64,000 nucleotides of DNA, taken from contig CAMTWZ010000017.1 in assembly GCA_947085565.1 (NCBI GenBank), forward strand, positions 4,526-68,525, in the 5' to 3' direction. A model generated the notes under the pieces. It was given only the letters and a program-made list of their open reading frames with translations. It did not search any database and had not been told where the DNA came from. Positions 24,226 through 33,725 of this stretch are shown here, in pieces. The stretch's first letter is position 1, and the number at the start of each line of letters is the position of its first letter. The stretch is from an uncultured Bacteroidota bacterium. Its GTDB lineage: Bacteria; Bacteroidota; Rhodothermia; Balneolales; HLUCCA01. The position numbers and the translations under genes are program-made.

Positions 24226-26904
24226 ATGAAATCATCCCAGAGTCCTTTCCAAAAAATCAACGACGACAGACAGTTCATCATCGAATGTTATTCCGAGATG
24301 TTGTCGCGCATCGGTGAACACGATATTCTGCCGCTGATCCATGGCGATCCGCAACAAACCCCTCAAATCGATATCGAATCGATCGCTGTTGACAAGGTGA
24401 TCCAAGCGTTGAGCATCTACTTCCAATTGATGACCTTGGTGGAAGAGAACGCCGCCACGCAGTACCGTCGGAAAATCGACATCACCTCCATTCGTGGTTC
24501 GTGGGCCGAAACACTGCAGCAGTGGAAAGTTCGTGGCATCGGGGAAGAGGAGATGTTGCAGGCCATTTCCAACACGAGTGTCATACCTGTTCTCACGGCT
24601 CATCCGACTGAAGCCAAACGGGTGACGGTCATCGAAATCCATCGTGAATTGTATCTCTTGCTGGTGGAGAGGGAGAACGCCTCGCTCAGCAAACTCGAAC
24701 AGTATGCGATCCGAGAGCGGATTACCCATCTTCTGGAAAGATGGTGGCGCACCGGGGAAATCTACCTTCAGAAACCCGACATCCGCGATGAAAGAGCCAA
24801 TACCATGTATTACTTGAGCAAGATTTTCCCGACGGTGCTGGAAAAAAGCGATCAGCAACTGAAAGGCTCTTGGATCGAATTGGGATTTACCCCGAGCCGA
24901 ATTCAGAATCCCGATCTGTTTCCGAAAATCCACTTCGGTAGCTGGGTCGGTGGCGATCGCGACGGCCACCCGTTCGTAACCCCAGGAATCACCCGCGAGA
25001 CCTTGCTGATGCACCGCAAAAGCGCGCTCTCTCTCATCCATTCCAAACTGGAGAAGTTGGCGAGTAAGCTTTCCGTCTCAGGCATCAGTAATCCGGTTCC
25101 TGATTCTCTATCGGAAGCCATTCGAATGAAAACCACCTTGTTGGGTGAGGCCGGCGCGAGCGCTGTGCAACGCAATCTTCACGAGCCTTGGAGGCAGTTC
25201 GTGAATTTATTGTTGGTTCAACTCGATAACACGATCGCCGAAACCAGCGCCGATTCACACGTTCGATACCGCTCAAGCCAAGCACTGACCGACGATCTGT
25301 CTTTCCTCAGAACTGTGCTCACGGACAATGGCCTGAGCGGCTTGTCTCAAGACCTGCTCTTTCCGATCGAGCGGATGGTGGCCTGTTTCGGATTCCATCT
25401 GGCGAAATTGGACATCCGTCAGAACAGCGCGTTCCACGACAAAGCCATTTCACAGATTCTGAAGACCGACTTCGAAAACTGGGATGAAGACAAACGGGTG
25501 AGCGTGCTCAACGAACTGCTCGACAGTCCGTCTCCGATCACCGATATCACGGTCTCGTACGGGGCGGAAGCCGACAACGTGCTGGATGTGTACCGAGTGG
25601 TTCGACATCACATCGATCATTACGGATCAGAGGGCATCGGCTCGTTCATCATCAGCATGACCCGCAATCTGAGCGATCTTCTTGTGGTGTACCTGCTGAT
25701 GCGGGAGACGCAGCTGCTGAACACCAACATCCAGGTGGTTCCGTTGTTGGAAACCATCGAGGATCTGCAGAAAGGTCCAGCGATATTGGACGCGTTCTTG
25801 CGTCATCCGATCACCAAGCGGAAATCATCCGGTTTCTCACATAAACAGGAAGTGATGCTGGGATACAGCGATAGCAACAAAGACGGCGGAACCATCGCGA
25901 GCAAATGGAATCTGTACAAGGCGGAAAAAGAACTGTCTGAGGTTGGAAAGGCACATCACACAGAGATGTATTTCTTCCACGGAACGGGGGGCACCATCAG
26001 TCGGGGCGGAAGCAAATATCACCGCTTTTTGGAAAGCATGCCTGCCCACACGGTGAATGGCACCATCAAGATCACCGTGCAGGGAGAAACGGTCGCGCAG
26101 CAGTTCGGAAATCCGTTGACGGCCACATACAACTTGACCGCGCTGTCCTCTGGCGTGGCCGCACACGTCATGAAAGACAAAATGAATGTCGGCGATGCGG
26201 CATACCCATTCAACACCATGGAGTTCTTGGCCAACACATCCTTGAAGCATTACCGGGAGTTCATTGAAACACCAGGATTCATTGAGTTCTACAGCAAAGT
26301 GACCTGCATCGATGTTCTCGAGAAAAGCAAGATCGGATCGCGGCCGGCACGCCGAACCGGATCCAGAACCCTGCGCGACCTGAGAGCCATACCGTGGGTA
26401 TTCAGCTGGAATCTTTCTCGGACCACCATCACGGGTTGGTATGGATTGGGTTCGGCGTTGTTGGCGCTCAAAACGCAGCACCCCGCAGCCTTTGAGGAAT
26501 TGAAAACCTCGGTGAACGATTGGGCCTTCTTCAAATTTCTCATGATTCAAACCGAAACCAATCTGATTCTTTCGAACATCGAAATGATGAAGCTGTATTC
26601 CAGCTTGGATGAGAATTCCGCTCAAAGAGACGGGTTCATGAAGCTGATTCTGACCGACCATGAGCTCGGGTTCGCCATGATTGAAGAGATCTTCGGCAAA
26701 CCGGCTCCATTACGACGTGAAGGGCAGTATGACAACCAGAAATGGCGGAACCAAAAATTGGTCATCCTCCATCGACTCCACATCAAGTACCTTCTTTTAT
26801 GGAGATCCATCCAAGACGAACACCATCCTGACAAGGAAAAGTGGCTCACCAAACTGCTGAGCATCATCAATTCCATTTCAAGCGGATTGAAAAACACAGG
26901 GTGA
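24226..26904 (+). CDS. ppc: Phosphoenolpyruvate carboxylase
   Basis: 892 aa with VLTAHPTEAKR, GYSDSNKDGG and the C-terminal ...LKNTG. Confidence 0.95.
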   Translation: MKSSQSPFQKINDDRQFIIECYSEMLSRIGEHDILPLIHGDPQQTPQIDIESIAVDKVIQALSIYFQLMTLVEENAATQYRRKIDITSIRGSWAETLQQWKVRGIGEEEMLQAISNTSVIPVLTAHPTEAKRVTVIEIHRELYLLLVERENASLSKLEQYAIRERITHLLERWWRTGEIYLQKPDIRDERANTMYYLSKIFPTVLEKSDQQLKGSWIELGFTPSRIQNPDLFPKIHFGSWVGGDRDGHPFVTPGITRETLLMHRKSALSLIHSKLEKLASKLSVSGISNPVPDSLSEAIRMKTTLLGEAGASAVQRNLHEPWRQFVNLLLVQLDNTIAETSADSHVRYRSSQALTDDLSFLRTVLTDNGLSGLSQDLLFPIERMVACFGFHLAKLDIRQNSAFHDKAISQILKTDFENWDEDKRVSVLNELLDSPSPITDITVSYGAEADNVLDVYRVVRHHIDHYGSEGIGSFIISMTRNLSDLLVVYLLMRETQLLNTNIQVVPLLETIEDLQKGPAILDAFLRHPITKRKSSGFSHKQEVMLGYSDSNKDGGTIASKWNLYKAEKELSEVGKAHHTEMYFFHGTGGTISRGGSKYHRFLESMPAHTVNGTIKITVQGETVAQQFGNPLTATYNLTALSSGVAAHVMKDKMNVGDAAYPFNTMEFLANTSLKHYREFIETPGFIEFYSKVTCIDVLEKSKIGSRPARRTGSRTLRDLRAIPWVFSWNLSRTTITGWYGLGSALLALKTQHPAAFEELKTSVNDWAFFKFLMIQTETNLILSNIEMMKLYSSLDENSAQRDGFMKLILTDHELGFAMIEEIFGKPAPLRREGQYDNQKWRNQKLVILHRLHIKYLLLWRSIQDEHHPDKEKWLTKLLSIINSISSGLKNTG

Positions 26905-26935
26905 GGGCTGATCGCTTTTTTTCGCATCTTACAGG

Positions 26936-29347
26936 ATGCGATACATTATCTACATCCTTCCCCTGCTGCTGCTACCGGCGCTTCAGGCCCAAACCGTCTC
27001 TATCACCTTCGAGGTGAACATGAGTTGGGAAATCATTCAAAACCGCTTCAATCCCCTCACGGAAACCGTCGATATTGCCGGTTCTTTCAACGGATGGGGA
27101 TCCACAGGTCACCGTTTGTCGGATGCGAACAACGATTCGATATACAACGTGACAATAACCGGATTCACGCCCGGAACCACCATCCAGTTCAAATTCCGGC
27201 AGAACGGATTGTGGGACGGCTCCGAGGAATTCCCCGGCGGCGGACCGAACCGCACCTATCTCGTTCCTTCCTCGAATTCAACCTACAGCCGATGGTACAG
27301 CGACCGCACCCCGACTTCCACCCCGCTTGTGGCCAGTTTCGGAACGTCGAGCAACCACATCCGCCCGGGTGGAACGGTCCGATTCACGGACGCGTCGGCC
27401 GGTCGGCCAAGCACCTACGCATGGAGTTTCCCGGGCGGCACGCCGGCCACATCCTCGCAGCGCGATCCTTCGGTGACCTACGCGGAAGCGGGCCTGTACG
27501 ACGTGCGTCTCATCGTCTCCGGTAGTGGTCGCATCGACACCCTCATCGCCCCGCAATACATCTTGGTGAGTGAATCCGCGCCTTTGCCGAGCTCCGGGCC
27601 GATCGTCCGCAACTGGCGCGAAGACCTCTTCTATGAAATCTTCGTGCGCAGCTTTTCCGATTCAGATGGCGATGGCGTGGGCGATTTCCGCGGTCTCACC
27701 GCGCGTCTGCCTTACCTCGAAGAGCTGGGCATCACTGGCATCTGGCTGATGCCGATTCATCCGTCACCCAGCGACCATGGCTACGACGTCACCGATTACC
27801 GCGGCGTGAATCCGCAATACGGCACAAAGGATGATTTCAAGAGGTTCTTGGAAGCCGCCCAAGCCCGTGGCATCAAAGTGATTCTCGATTATGTGATGAA
27901 CCATTCGTCGAGTCAGCATCCTTGGTTCGTACAATCGGCCGCGAACAACCCGACCTATCGCAATTACTACCGCTGGTCGACTACGAACCCAGGCATCACT
28001 GGTCCATGGGGACAGCAAGTCTGGCATTCGCGAAATTCCGCGTTCTACTACGGCATCTTCACCTCCGGCATGCCCGACATCAACTACGATCACGCCCCGG
28101 TCAAAGACTCCATCTTCGCCGCCGCCCGTTATTGGCTGCAGGATGTGGGAGTGGATGGATTCCGGCTGGATGCGGTCCTCTATTTGGATGAGGATGGAAA
28201 CACGCTTCAGAACACTCCGGGCACATTTCAGCTTTTGCAGGAATTCAAAGCCGCTACGGCATCGGCCAATCCGAACTCCTTTCTTGTGGGCGAAGCCTGG
28301 ACCCAATCGAGCACTATCCGAAATTATGTGATCAACAACCGGTTGGATTACGCCTTCGAATTCGATCTGGCCACACGCTTGCTTGATGCGGTGAATTCGC
28401 GAAGCGCCACCACATTGGCCAATCATCTGAACTACATCAACACCTTGTACGGAGCCGGAAAATGGGGCAGCTTTCTCACCAACCACGATCAGAACCGTGT
28501 GTTCGATGTGTTGGGAGGCGATGCGGCCAAGCTGAAAACCGCCGCCGGACTCTTACTCAGCGTACCCGGAGTTCCTTACCTGTATTACGGTGAGGAAGTG
28601 GGCGCTTCTGGCGTGAAACCAGATCCGAACATCCGTCGGCCGCTGAATTGGGCGACCGTGAAAGCGCAACAGGCCGATCCGGCGTCGTTATGGTCCACCT
28701 ACCGCGATCATATTTCCATCCGCCAGAAAGACGGCTTCTACTTGCACCCCAACCATACCGCTTATGCCGCCGGATCGCTTCTCACGCAAGTGTACACGAA
28801 TGCGGGCATGACAACAAACGGTATCGTGTTCACCAACTTGGGTACGGGCAGCCTTTCGGCAAGCACTGCAGGAACCGCGGCATGGAGCAAGATTTCGGAA
28901 GTACTCACCGGCGCCACACTTGCCGTGGATCGAGTCATGGGCGACTCCCTGCGCATGCCTACCGTGACCTCATTGTCGAATGTGTCGATCGCCGCAGGAA
29001 AAACACGCATCTGGTCTGTGAGTTACGCCACAGGGACATCGATCGACCGACCGGGTTCGCCAGAGCGGGGTCAAGCCATCGAGCTGTTGCCGGCGTATCC
29101 AAATCCGTTCAATCCCAGCACGCAGATCGGATATAGAGTACAGACGCAAGATCTTGCGTCTGTACCTGTGAGCCTGCGGATCTATGATATCCTGGGCCGC
29201 GAAGTCGCCGTTCTTGTCAACGAAGCGATGCCGGCCGGCTCTCATACGGTGACGTTCGATGCGTCCAACTTGGCCAGTGGAATCTACCTCGTGAGGTTTG
29301 AAGCGGGTGGAATGGTGCGATCTAGGAATATCGCTTTGATCAAGTAG
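26936..29347 (+). CDS. Secreted GH13 alpha-amylase-family enzyme with an N-terminal starch-binding-like domain, a PKD domain and a T9SS C-terminal sorting domain
   Basis: There is a signal peptide. GH13 blocks are GIWLMPIHPSPSDHGYDVTDY, GFRLDAV, GEAW and FLTNHDQNR. The PKD-like region is VRFTDAS...YDVRLIV. The C-terminus is AYPNPFNPST...ASGIYLVRFEAGG. Confidence 0.9.
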   Translation: MRYIIYILPLLLLPALQAQTVSITFEVNMSWEIIQNRFNPLTETVDIAGSFNGWGSTGHRLSDANNDSIYNVTITGFTPGTTIQFKFRQNGLWDGSEEFPGGGPNRTYLVPSSNSTYSRWYSDRTPTSTPLVASFGTSSNHIRPGGTVRFTDASAGRPSTYAWSFPGGTPATSSQRDPSVTYAEAGLYDVRLIVSGSGRIDTLIAPQYILVSESAPLPSSGPIVRNWREDLFYEIFVRSFSDSDGDGVGDFRGLTARLPYLEELGITGIWLMPIHPSPSDHGYDVTDYRGVNPQYGTKDDFKRFLEAAQARGIKVILDYVMNHSSSQHPWFVQSAANNPTYRNYYRWSTTNPGITGPWGQQVWHSRNSAFYYGIFTSGMPDINYDHAPVKDSIFAAARYWLQDVGVDGFRLDAVLYLDEDGNTLQNTPGTFQLLQEFKAATASANPNSFLVGEAWTQSSTIRNYVINNRLDYAFEFDLATRLLDAVNSRSATTLANHLNYINTLYGAGKWGSFLTNHDQNRVFDVLGGDAAKLKTAAGLLLSVPGVPYLYYGEEVGASGVKPDPNIRRPLNWATVKAQQADPASLWSTYRDHISIRQKDGFYLHPNHTAYAAGSLLTQVYTNAGMTTNGIVFTNLGTGSLSASTAGTAAWSKISEVLTGATLAVDRVMGDSLRMPTVTSLSNVSIAAGKTRIWSVSYATGTSIDRPGSPERGQAIELLPAYPNPFNPSTQIGYRVQTQDLASVPVSLRIYDILGREVAVLVNEAMPAGSHTVTFDASNLASGIYLVRFEAGGMVRSRNIALIK

Positions 29348-29420
29348 GTCCTTCGCCGCTTTGCGGCTCAGGATGACAAGGCATCGCTTGGTTTACACTC
29401 CCCAGCTAAAGCTGGGGGTC
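29348..29420. repeat. Partial mosaic repeat plus hairpin CCCCAGCTAAAGCTGGGG
   Basis: GGTCCTTCGCCGCTTTGCGGCTCAGGATGACAAGG matches the module at 5941-5975 and 6031-6065. Confidence 0.7.
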
Positions 29421-29438
29421 ATCGTAAAGAGCTCTTCA

Positions 29439-29501
29439 CTGATTCCTGATTCCTGATTCCTGATTCCCGATTCCCGATTCCCGATTCCTGATTCCCGATT
29501 T
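29439..29501. repeat. Heptamer array CYGATTC x9
   Basis: CTGATTC x4, CCGATTC x3, CTGATTC, CCGATTT. It ends at the base before the DUF58 stop codon. Confidence 0.95.
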
Positions 29502-30413
29502 TCACATCATCCGCTTCCGCTTCGTCAAAAACGCCAATAGCGCCAGTGTGTAATCGCCTTCCGTGTCGATCGGCTCATAATCGATATGGGCTTCCTGACA
29601 GGTGCGTTTGAACGCGGCGGTGTAGGCTTCCATCTCACGGCGGTAACTTTCGCGGATATCGGATGGAATCACATCCAGTTTTTGTCCGGTTTCAAGATCT
29701 TCCATCATCAATCGTCCGTCGGCGAAATCGAACAAGCGCTCGCTTCGACCTTCCATCAGATGGAATAGAATCACTTCATGATGGCGGTAACGCAGATGTT
29801 TGAGGGATTCGAGCAACGCGTCTTGCCGGGCCGGATCGTCGAAAAGATCGGTAAGCACCACTACCAGACTTCGACGGTGGATCTGTTCGGCAAGTTGATG
29901 CAGGGCCATCGCCGCGGAGGTTTTTTTCTGTCCGGATGCGGGACGCTCAACAGCATGAGGCTGAAGCAGTTCGAACAGATAGCGCAGATGCCGGTAACTC
30001 GATTTCGCGGGGATGATGGTGTGCAGCTTTTCGTCGAAAGTGGCCAATCCGCAGGCGTCTCGCTGGCGATGCATCAGATACAGCATCGCGGCACCCAGAT
30101 AGGCTCCGTACTGCCGTTTGGTGAGCTCTCCAAAGTGCTTGAAATCCATCGACGTGCTGGTGTCGAGCACCACATAACAGCGCAGATTCGTCTCCTCTTC
30201 GTACTGCTTCACATAAAAACGCTCCGACTTGCCATACACTTTCCAATCGACGTGGCGCAGATCGTCTCCGGGGTTATAAGGCCGATGCTCCGCGAACTCC
30301 ACGCTGAATCCGTAAAACGGACTCTTATGCAAACCCGTGATGAACCCCTCGACAATCTGCCGGGCTTTCATCTCCAAAGGCGATAAGCGTGATTGTAATT
30401 CTGGGGATAACAT
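29502..30413 (-). CDS. DUF58 domain protein (vWA-like, normally MoxR-associated)
   Basis: 303 aa with FYGFSVEFAEHRPYNPGDDLRHVDWKVYGKSERFYVKQYEEETN. Confidence 0.85.
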   Translation of the reverse strand: MLSPELQSRLSPLEMKARQIVEGFITGLHKSPFYGFSVEFAEHRPYNPGDDLRHVDWKVYGKSERFYVKQYEEETNLRCYVVLDTSTSMDFKHFGELTKRQYGAYLGAAMLYLMHRQRDACGLATFDEKLHTIIPAKSSYRHLRYLFELLQPHAVERPASGQKKTSAAMALHQLAEQIHRRSLVVVLTDLFDDPARQDALLESLKHLRYRHHEVILFHLMEGRSERLFDFADGRLMMEDLETGQKLDVIPSDIRESYRREMEAYTAAFKRTCQEAHIDYEPIDTEGDYTLALLAFLTKRKRMM

Positions 30414-30415
30414 TT

Positions 30416-30499
30416 GTAATCAGTAATCGGGAATCAGTAATCGGGAATCGGTAATAGTCTTGTCTCTTGTCTCTTGTCTCTTGTCTCTTAACCCTTGTC
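30416..30499. repeat. Two abutting heptamer arrays: GKAATCR x6 (30416-30457), then TCTTGTC x4 plus 2 degenerate units (30458-30499)
   Basis: Together they fill almost the whole 88-nt spacer between the DUF4835 stop (30502) and the DUF58 start (30413). Confidence 0.95.
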
Positions 30500-30501
30500 T
30501 C

Positions 30502-31428
30502 TCATTGCAGCTTGTCGTACTCCCCGATGTGACTCGGATCAATCTCCAACAACAAGTTATAGGCCTGTAGCCTCTCATTCGGCTCGGCATCCAGAAACAC
30601 CGCGGTGATTTCGCGATACTTGGTATCGAAAAACAGGTCGAACGCATACGTTTCCGTGGTGGCGCGTTTCGCGTCGCGGATGAGCGTGAGCGCTTCGAGG
30701 ATGTTGGCGCGCGCCTGTTCGGGATCTTGGGTGAAGAGATCGAGTCCGTGCCTGTGATAACGGTAAATCGCTTTGCGGAGTCCTTCGGCGCCGGTTCCGG
30801 TGAAGCCGTTGATCAGGTAAAAGCGGTTGCGGCGTGAACTGCCTCCCGCCTGCCAAGCCAGACTTCCCGAACCTTGGGCCACATCCACTATTCCTTGGGC
30901 TTTGCGGAAGAATTCACTGCCTCCGAGCTCTGAGAACGAATCCAGATCCAGAGCCATCAGGAAATAAGAGTAAAAATCGAGCACCGACCCGATATCATGA
31001 AACACCTGCGGATCGTGAATGATGTTCTGGTTTCGATTGAAGACGAAGCGCCAGCTCTCATCGTTCACGGCCAGAAGCGGTGTCAACTGCAGCGTGTTGT
31101 AGATGGGCCGTTCACTGCTGATGATAAGAATCGCCTCGAAATTATTGTTCGACTCGCTCTGCAAGATCACTTGCAGATTCATCCGAAGTCGTTCATGCTC
31201 TTGAAAGGTGAACTCGGTCCATTTGCGCTGATTGATGTAATTCTCGAACAAGGGAACCAACTCATCGAGGTAATCGAGGGATGTGTTGGTGATCTGCGAA
31301 CGGTTCAGCGTCACCTTCGCAGAGAATTCCTGTGCGGAAACCGGAGCGGCCGCTAAAAAAACAGCGATTGCAAGCAGTATTACGGGTCTGATCATAGTAT
31401 CAAGATAACGAAGTTCAGGCATGCACAA
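30502..31428 (-). CDS. DUF4835 family protein (T9SS PorD-like)
   Basis: 308 aa with a signal peptide, INQRKWTEFTFQEHERLRMNLQVIL, SSERPIYNT and FYSYFLMALDLDSF, a pattern I associate with DUF4835. Confidence 0.6.
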   Translation of the reverse strand: MCMPELRYLDTMIRPVILLAIAVFLAAAPVSAQEFSAKVTLNRSQITNTSLDYLDELVPLFENYINQRKWTEFTFQEHERLRMNLQVILQSESNNNFEAILIISSERPIYNTLQLTPLLAVNDESWRFVFNRNQNIIHDPQVFHDIGSVLDFYSYFLMALDLDSFSELGGSEFFRKAQGIVDVAQGSGSLAWQAGGSSRRNRFYLINGFTGTGAEGLRKAIYRYHRHGLDLFTQDPEQARANILEALTLIRDAKRATTETYAFDLFFDTKYREITAVFLDAEPNERLQAYNLLLEIDPSHIGEYDKLQ

Positions 31429-31481
31429 TTTTAGGAACGAAATTGATGTAAGATTTTCCGGTTTTCCGCCTCTTAACAGAT

Positions 31482-32165
31482 ATGAACCTTTTCTTTTCGC
31501 TGTTATTGTGGCAAGTCTTCACGACCAACCCGGTGGATCCCCGCTTCGGCGTGGCCGGCGCAGCCATTACCCATGATCGCGCCTTCGGCATGCCCGAACT
31601 GACGGAGCTCACTGCGACAGCGGCTTGGAACCTGTTCAAGATTCCGGTTGAGATAGGCGTTTCATCGTTCGGTTTCAGCCTGTATCGGGAATCCCGAATT
31701 CGAGGTGGTGTCGGGTTCACGCATGGGGACCTGCGTGCTGGCGCCATCCTCGAAACCCGGGTCTTTTCTCCTCGCGGATTCATACCCATCCGACGTCATT
31801 CCGTTTCGGCGAACGCCCGGTTTCCGCTGACCGACGACATCCTCGCCGGAGTGATACTTGAGAATCTGAATGCGGCGGCCGACATCCCGCAAGTGTTCGC
31901 CACCGCGATCGTGTTCTCTGCGCATCCGAATGTGAAGATCGAAGCCGGAGTTTGGAAAGACGTGACGTTTCCGGCCGATGGCCGGTTGCGGCTTCGATGG
32001 GCACCCCACCCCGCGCTGGAAATCACCTTCGGCCGACATACGGATCCCGCGCAATGGAACGCCTCTGTCGTTATCCGAACGACATCGGCGCATGTCGGAT
32101 TTCATTTCAGAAACCATCCTGTTCTGGGATGGAGCCACTCGCAGGAGCTGATATGGCTCTGGTGA
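31482..32165 (+). CDS. Putative small outer-membrane beta-barrel protein
   Basis: 227 aa with an alternating hydrophobic pattern and an aromatic C-terminus, ...ELIWLW. Confidence 0.5.
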   Translation: MNLFFSLLLWQVFTTNPVDPRFGVAGAAITHDRAFGMPELTELTATAAWNLFKIPVEIGVSSFGFSLYRESRIRGGVGFTHGDLRAGAILETRVFSPRGFIPIRRHSVSANARFPLTDDILAGVILENLNAAADIPQVFATAIVFSAHPNVKIEAGVWKDVTFPADGRLRLRWAPHPALEITFGRHTDPAQWNASVVIRTTSAHVGFHFRNHPVLGWSHSQELIWLW

Positions 32166-33592
32166 TGATTATGATTCTACTGATGCAGGTCGGCGCGATG
32201 AACGACGACCTCGACGACCCAGAAAGCCAGGCCCGATGGCTGAACGATCTGTCGATGAATCCGCTGGATCCCAACTCGGCTTCGGCGGACGAACTCTCCC
32301 GCCTTCCCGGCATCGATCCCCGCCTCGCCCGTGCCATTGTCGCCTACCGCACCCGACGCGGCGCTTTCCGCGACATTTCCGAGATGGCGCGGGTTCCCGG
32401 GATCGACGCCGAACTCGTCGAAGCCATCCGCCCGTATGTGCGGATCCGCTGGCGCGACGCCTGGAATCCCACCGGGGCCGCGTTCCTGCGCCATGGCCAG
32501 TTCCGTGGCCACGCCACCGCCGGACCGTTTTCCGTGTTCCACAGCGATTCGAGGCGGTTTGGGAGCTTTTCGAGTCCGACTCTCACGCTTATCGCCGGCG
32601 ATCACCGCGTCTCCACCGGGTTGGGTCTGGTTCAACATCATGGTTTCCGGGCGGAAAACTCGGTATTCGGCCATAACCGCCACGGAACACGGATCCGCGG
32701 AAACACCTCTTCAAGCACTTCAGGTGGAACCACCCTCGCAGGAACCGTGAGAGCGCGCGGATTCGAGCTCAGCGCCTTTGAAACCGGCGGAAGGCTTCAT
32801 CACACCTTCGGCGATTATGGCGCCGCGATCACGACCTCTTCCGGCGCCATTTCGCACGATGGCAGTTTCAGCTCGGCGACAGTTCCGGTCGGTTTCGCCT
32901 ATGAAATCGCAACGCATGAGGGAAAGACGGCATGGATGGTCGAAAGTCGGATTGTGGCGGCGCGGCGGTTCCGGATCCATGTGCGTCAGTACAGAATCGG
33001 CACCGGATACGATGCACCGCACGGTATGATCGCGGTGCGCTTCGGGAAAAAGCCCATGGGAGAAACGGGATTGGGCGTGGGACTCAAGTGGAACGGCTGG
33101 CATGCAGGGGTGCTTGAAGCGCGATCGAAAAATCGCGATTACCCGGAAACCGACATCTCGTACCGGCTTGGATATTCCGATTCGAAAAAGAGCGTGGATT
33201 GGACGAACGACAGGATTCGGGGCGTGGCGCGGTTCGGAGCTTCGGGTTCGTTGCGTGGGGAAGTCGGACTTGAGAAGCGAGGACGAAGCGTGGGAGGGAG
33301 AACGGTGCTTGAAGTCGAGCCCGCCAAGGGGTACAAGGTATGGGCGATGCTCGGGGTATTTGATGCGGAGGCGTACACCGAACGGTTGTATGGTTGGGAG
33401 CCTGACGGATACCGGCGGGGCAAGATCGTGCTATGGTATGGGAGGGGGCGGAGGGGGGTGGTTTCGGTGCAGGCGGAACCGTGGAAAGGGCTGGTGATCA
33501 GCGCGAAGTACGGCGTTACGCACTACGCCGACCGCTGGGGACCTGACGCCGTGAAAAGCGAAGCGGTGATCCAAATGGATTGGGGGTTTTGA
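32153..33592 (+). CDS. ComEA-like helix-hairpin-helix domain protein with a predicted beta-barrel C-terminal domain
   Basis: The HhH pair is SADELSRLPGIDPRLARAIVAYRTRRGAFRDISEMARVPGIDAELVEAI. The C-terminus ends ...VIQMDWGF. The start was moved to the internal ATG at 32153. Confidence 0.6.
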   Translation: MALVMIMILLMQVGAMNDDLDDPESQARWLNDLSMNPLDPNSASADELSRLPGIDPRLARAIVAYRTRRGAFRDISEMARVPGIDAELVEAIRPYVRIRWRDAWNPTGAAFLRHGQFRGHATAGPFSVFHSDSRRFGSFSSPTLTLIAGDHRVSTGLGLVQHHGFRAENSVFGHNRHGTRIRGNTSSSTSGGTTLAGTVRARGFELSAFETGGRLHHTFGDYGAAITTSSGAISHDGSFSSATVPVGFAYEIATHEGKTAWMVESRIVAARRFRIHVRQYRIGTGYDAPHGMIAVRFGKKPMGETGLGVGLKWNGWHAGVLEARSKNRDYPETDISYRLGYSDSKKSVDWTNDRIRGVARFGASGSLRGEVGLEKRGRSVGGRTVLEVEPAKGYKVWAMLGVFDAEAYTERLYGWEPDGYRRGKIVLWYGRGRRGVVSVQAEPWKGLVISAKYGVTHYADRWGPDAVKSEAVIQMDWGF

Positions 33593-33600
33593 AAAGGGCG

Positions 33601-33705
33601 TTTTAACAGGGAGCAACGGAGAAAAGGAGTTTTTTTCTTTGGAAGCCTTGGCCAGTGCCCGCCCATAAATAACCGTCTCCTTTACTCCGTTGCTCCCTGT
33701 TAAAA
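33601..33705. repeat. Long inverted repeat (29-nt arms, 1 mismatch, 47-nt loop) between convergent genes
   Basis: TTTTAACAGGGAGCAACGGAGAAAAGGAG (33601-33629) pairs with CTCCTTTACTCCGTTGCTCCCTGTTAAAA (33677-33705). Confidence 0.9.
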
Positions 33706-33725
33706 TATCTTCCTCCCTTTGAAAC

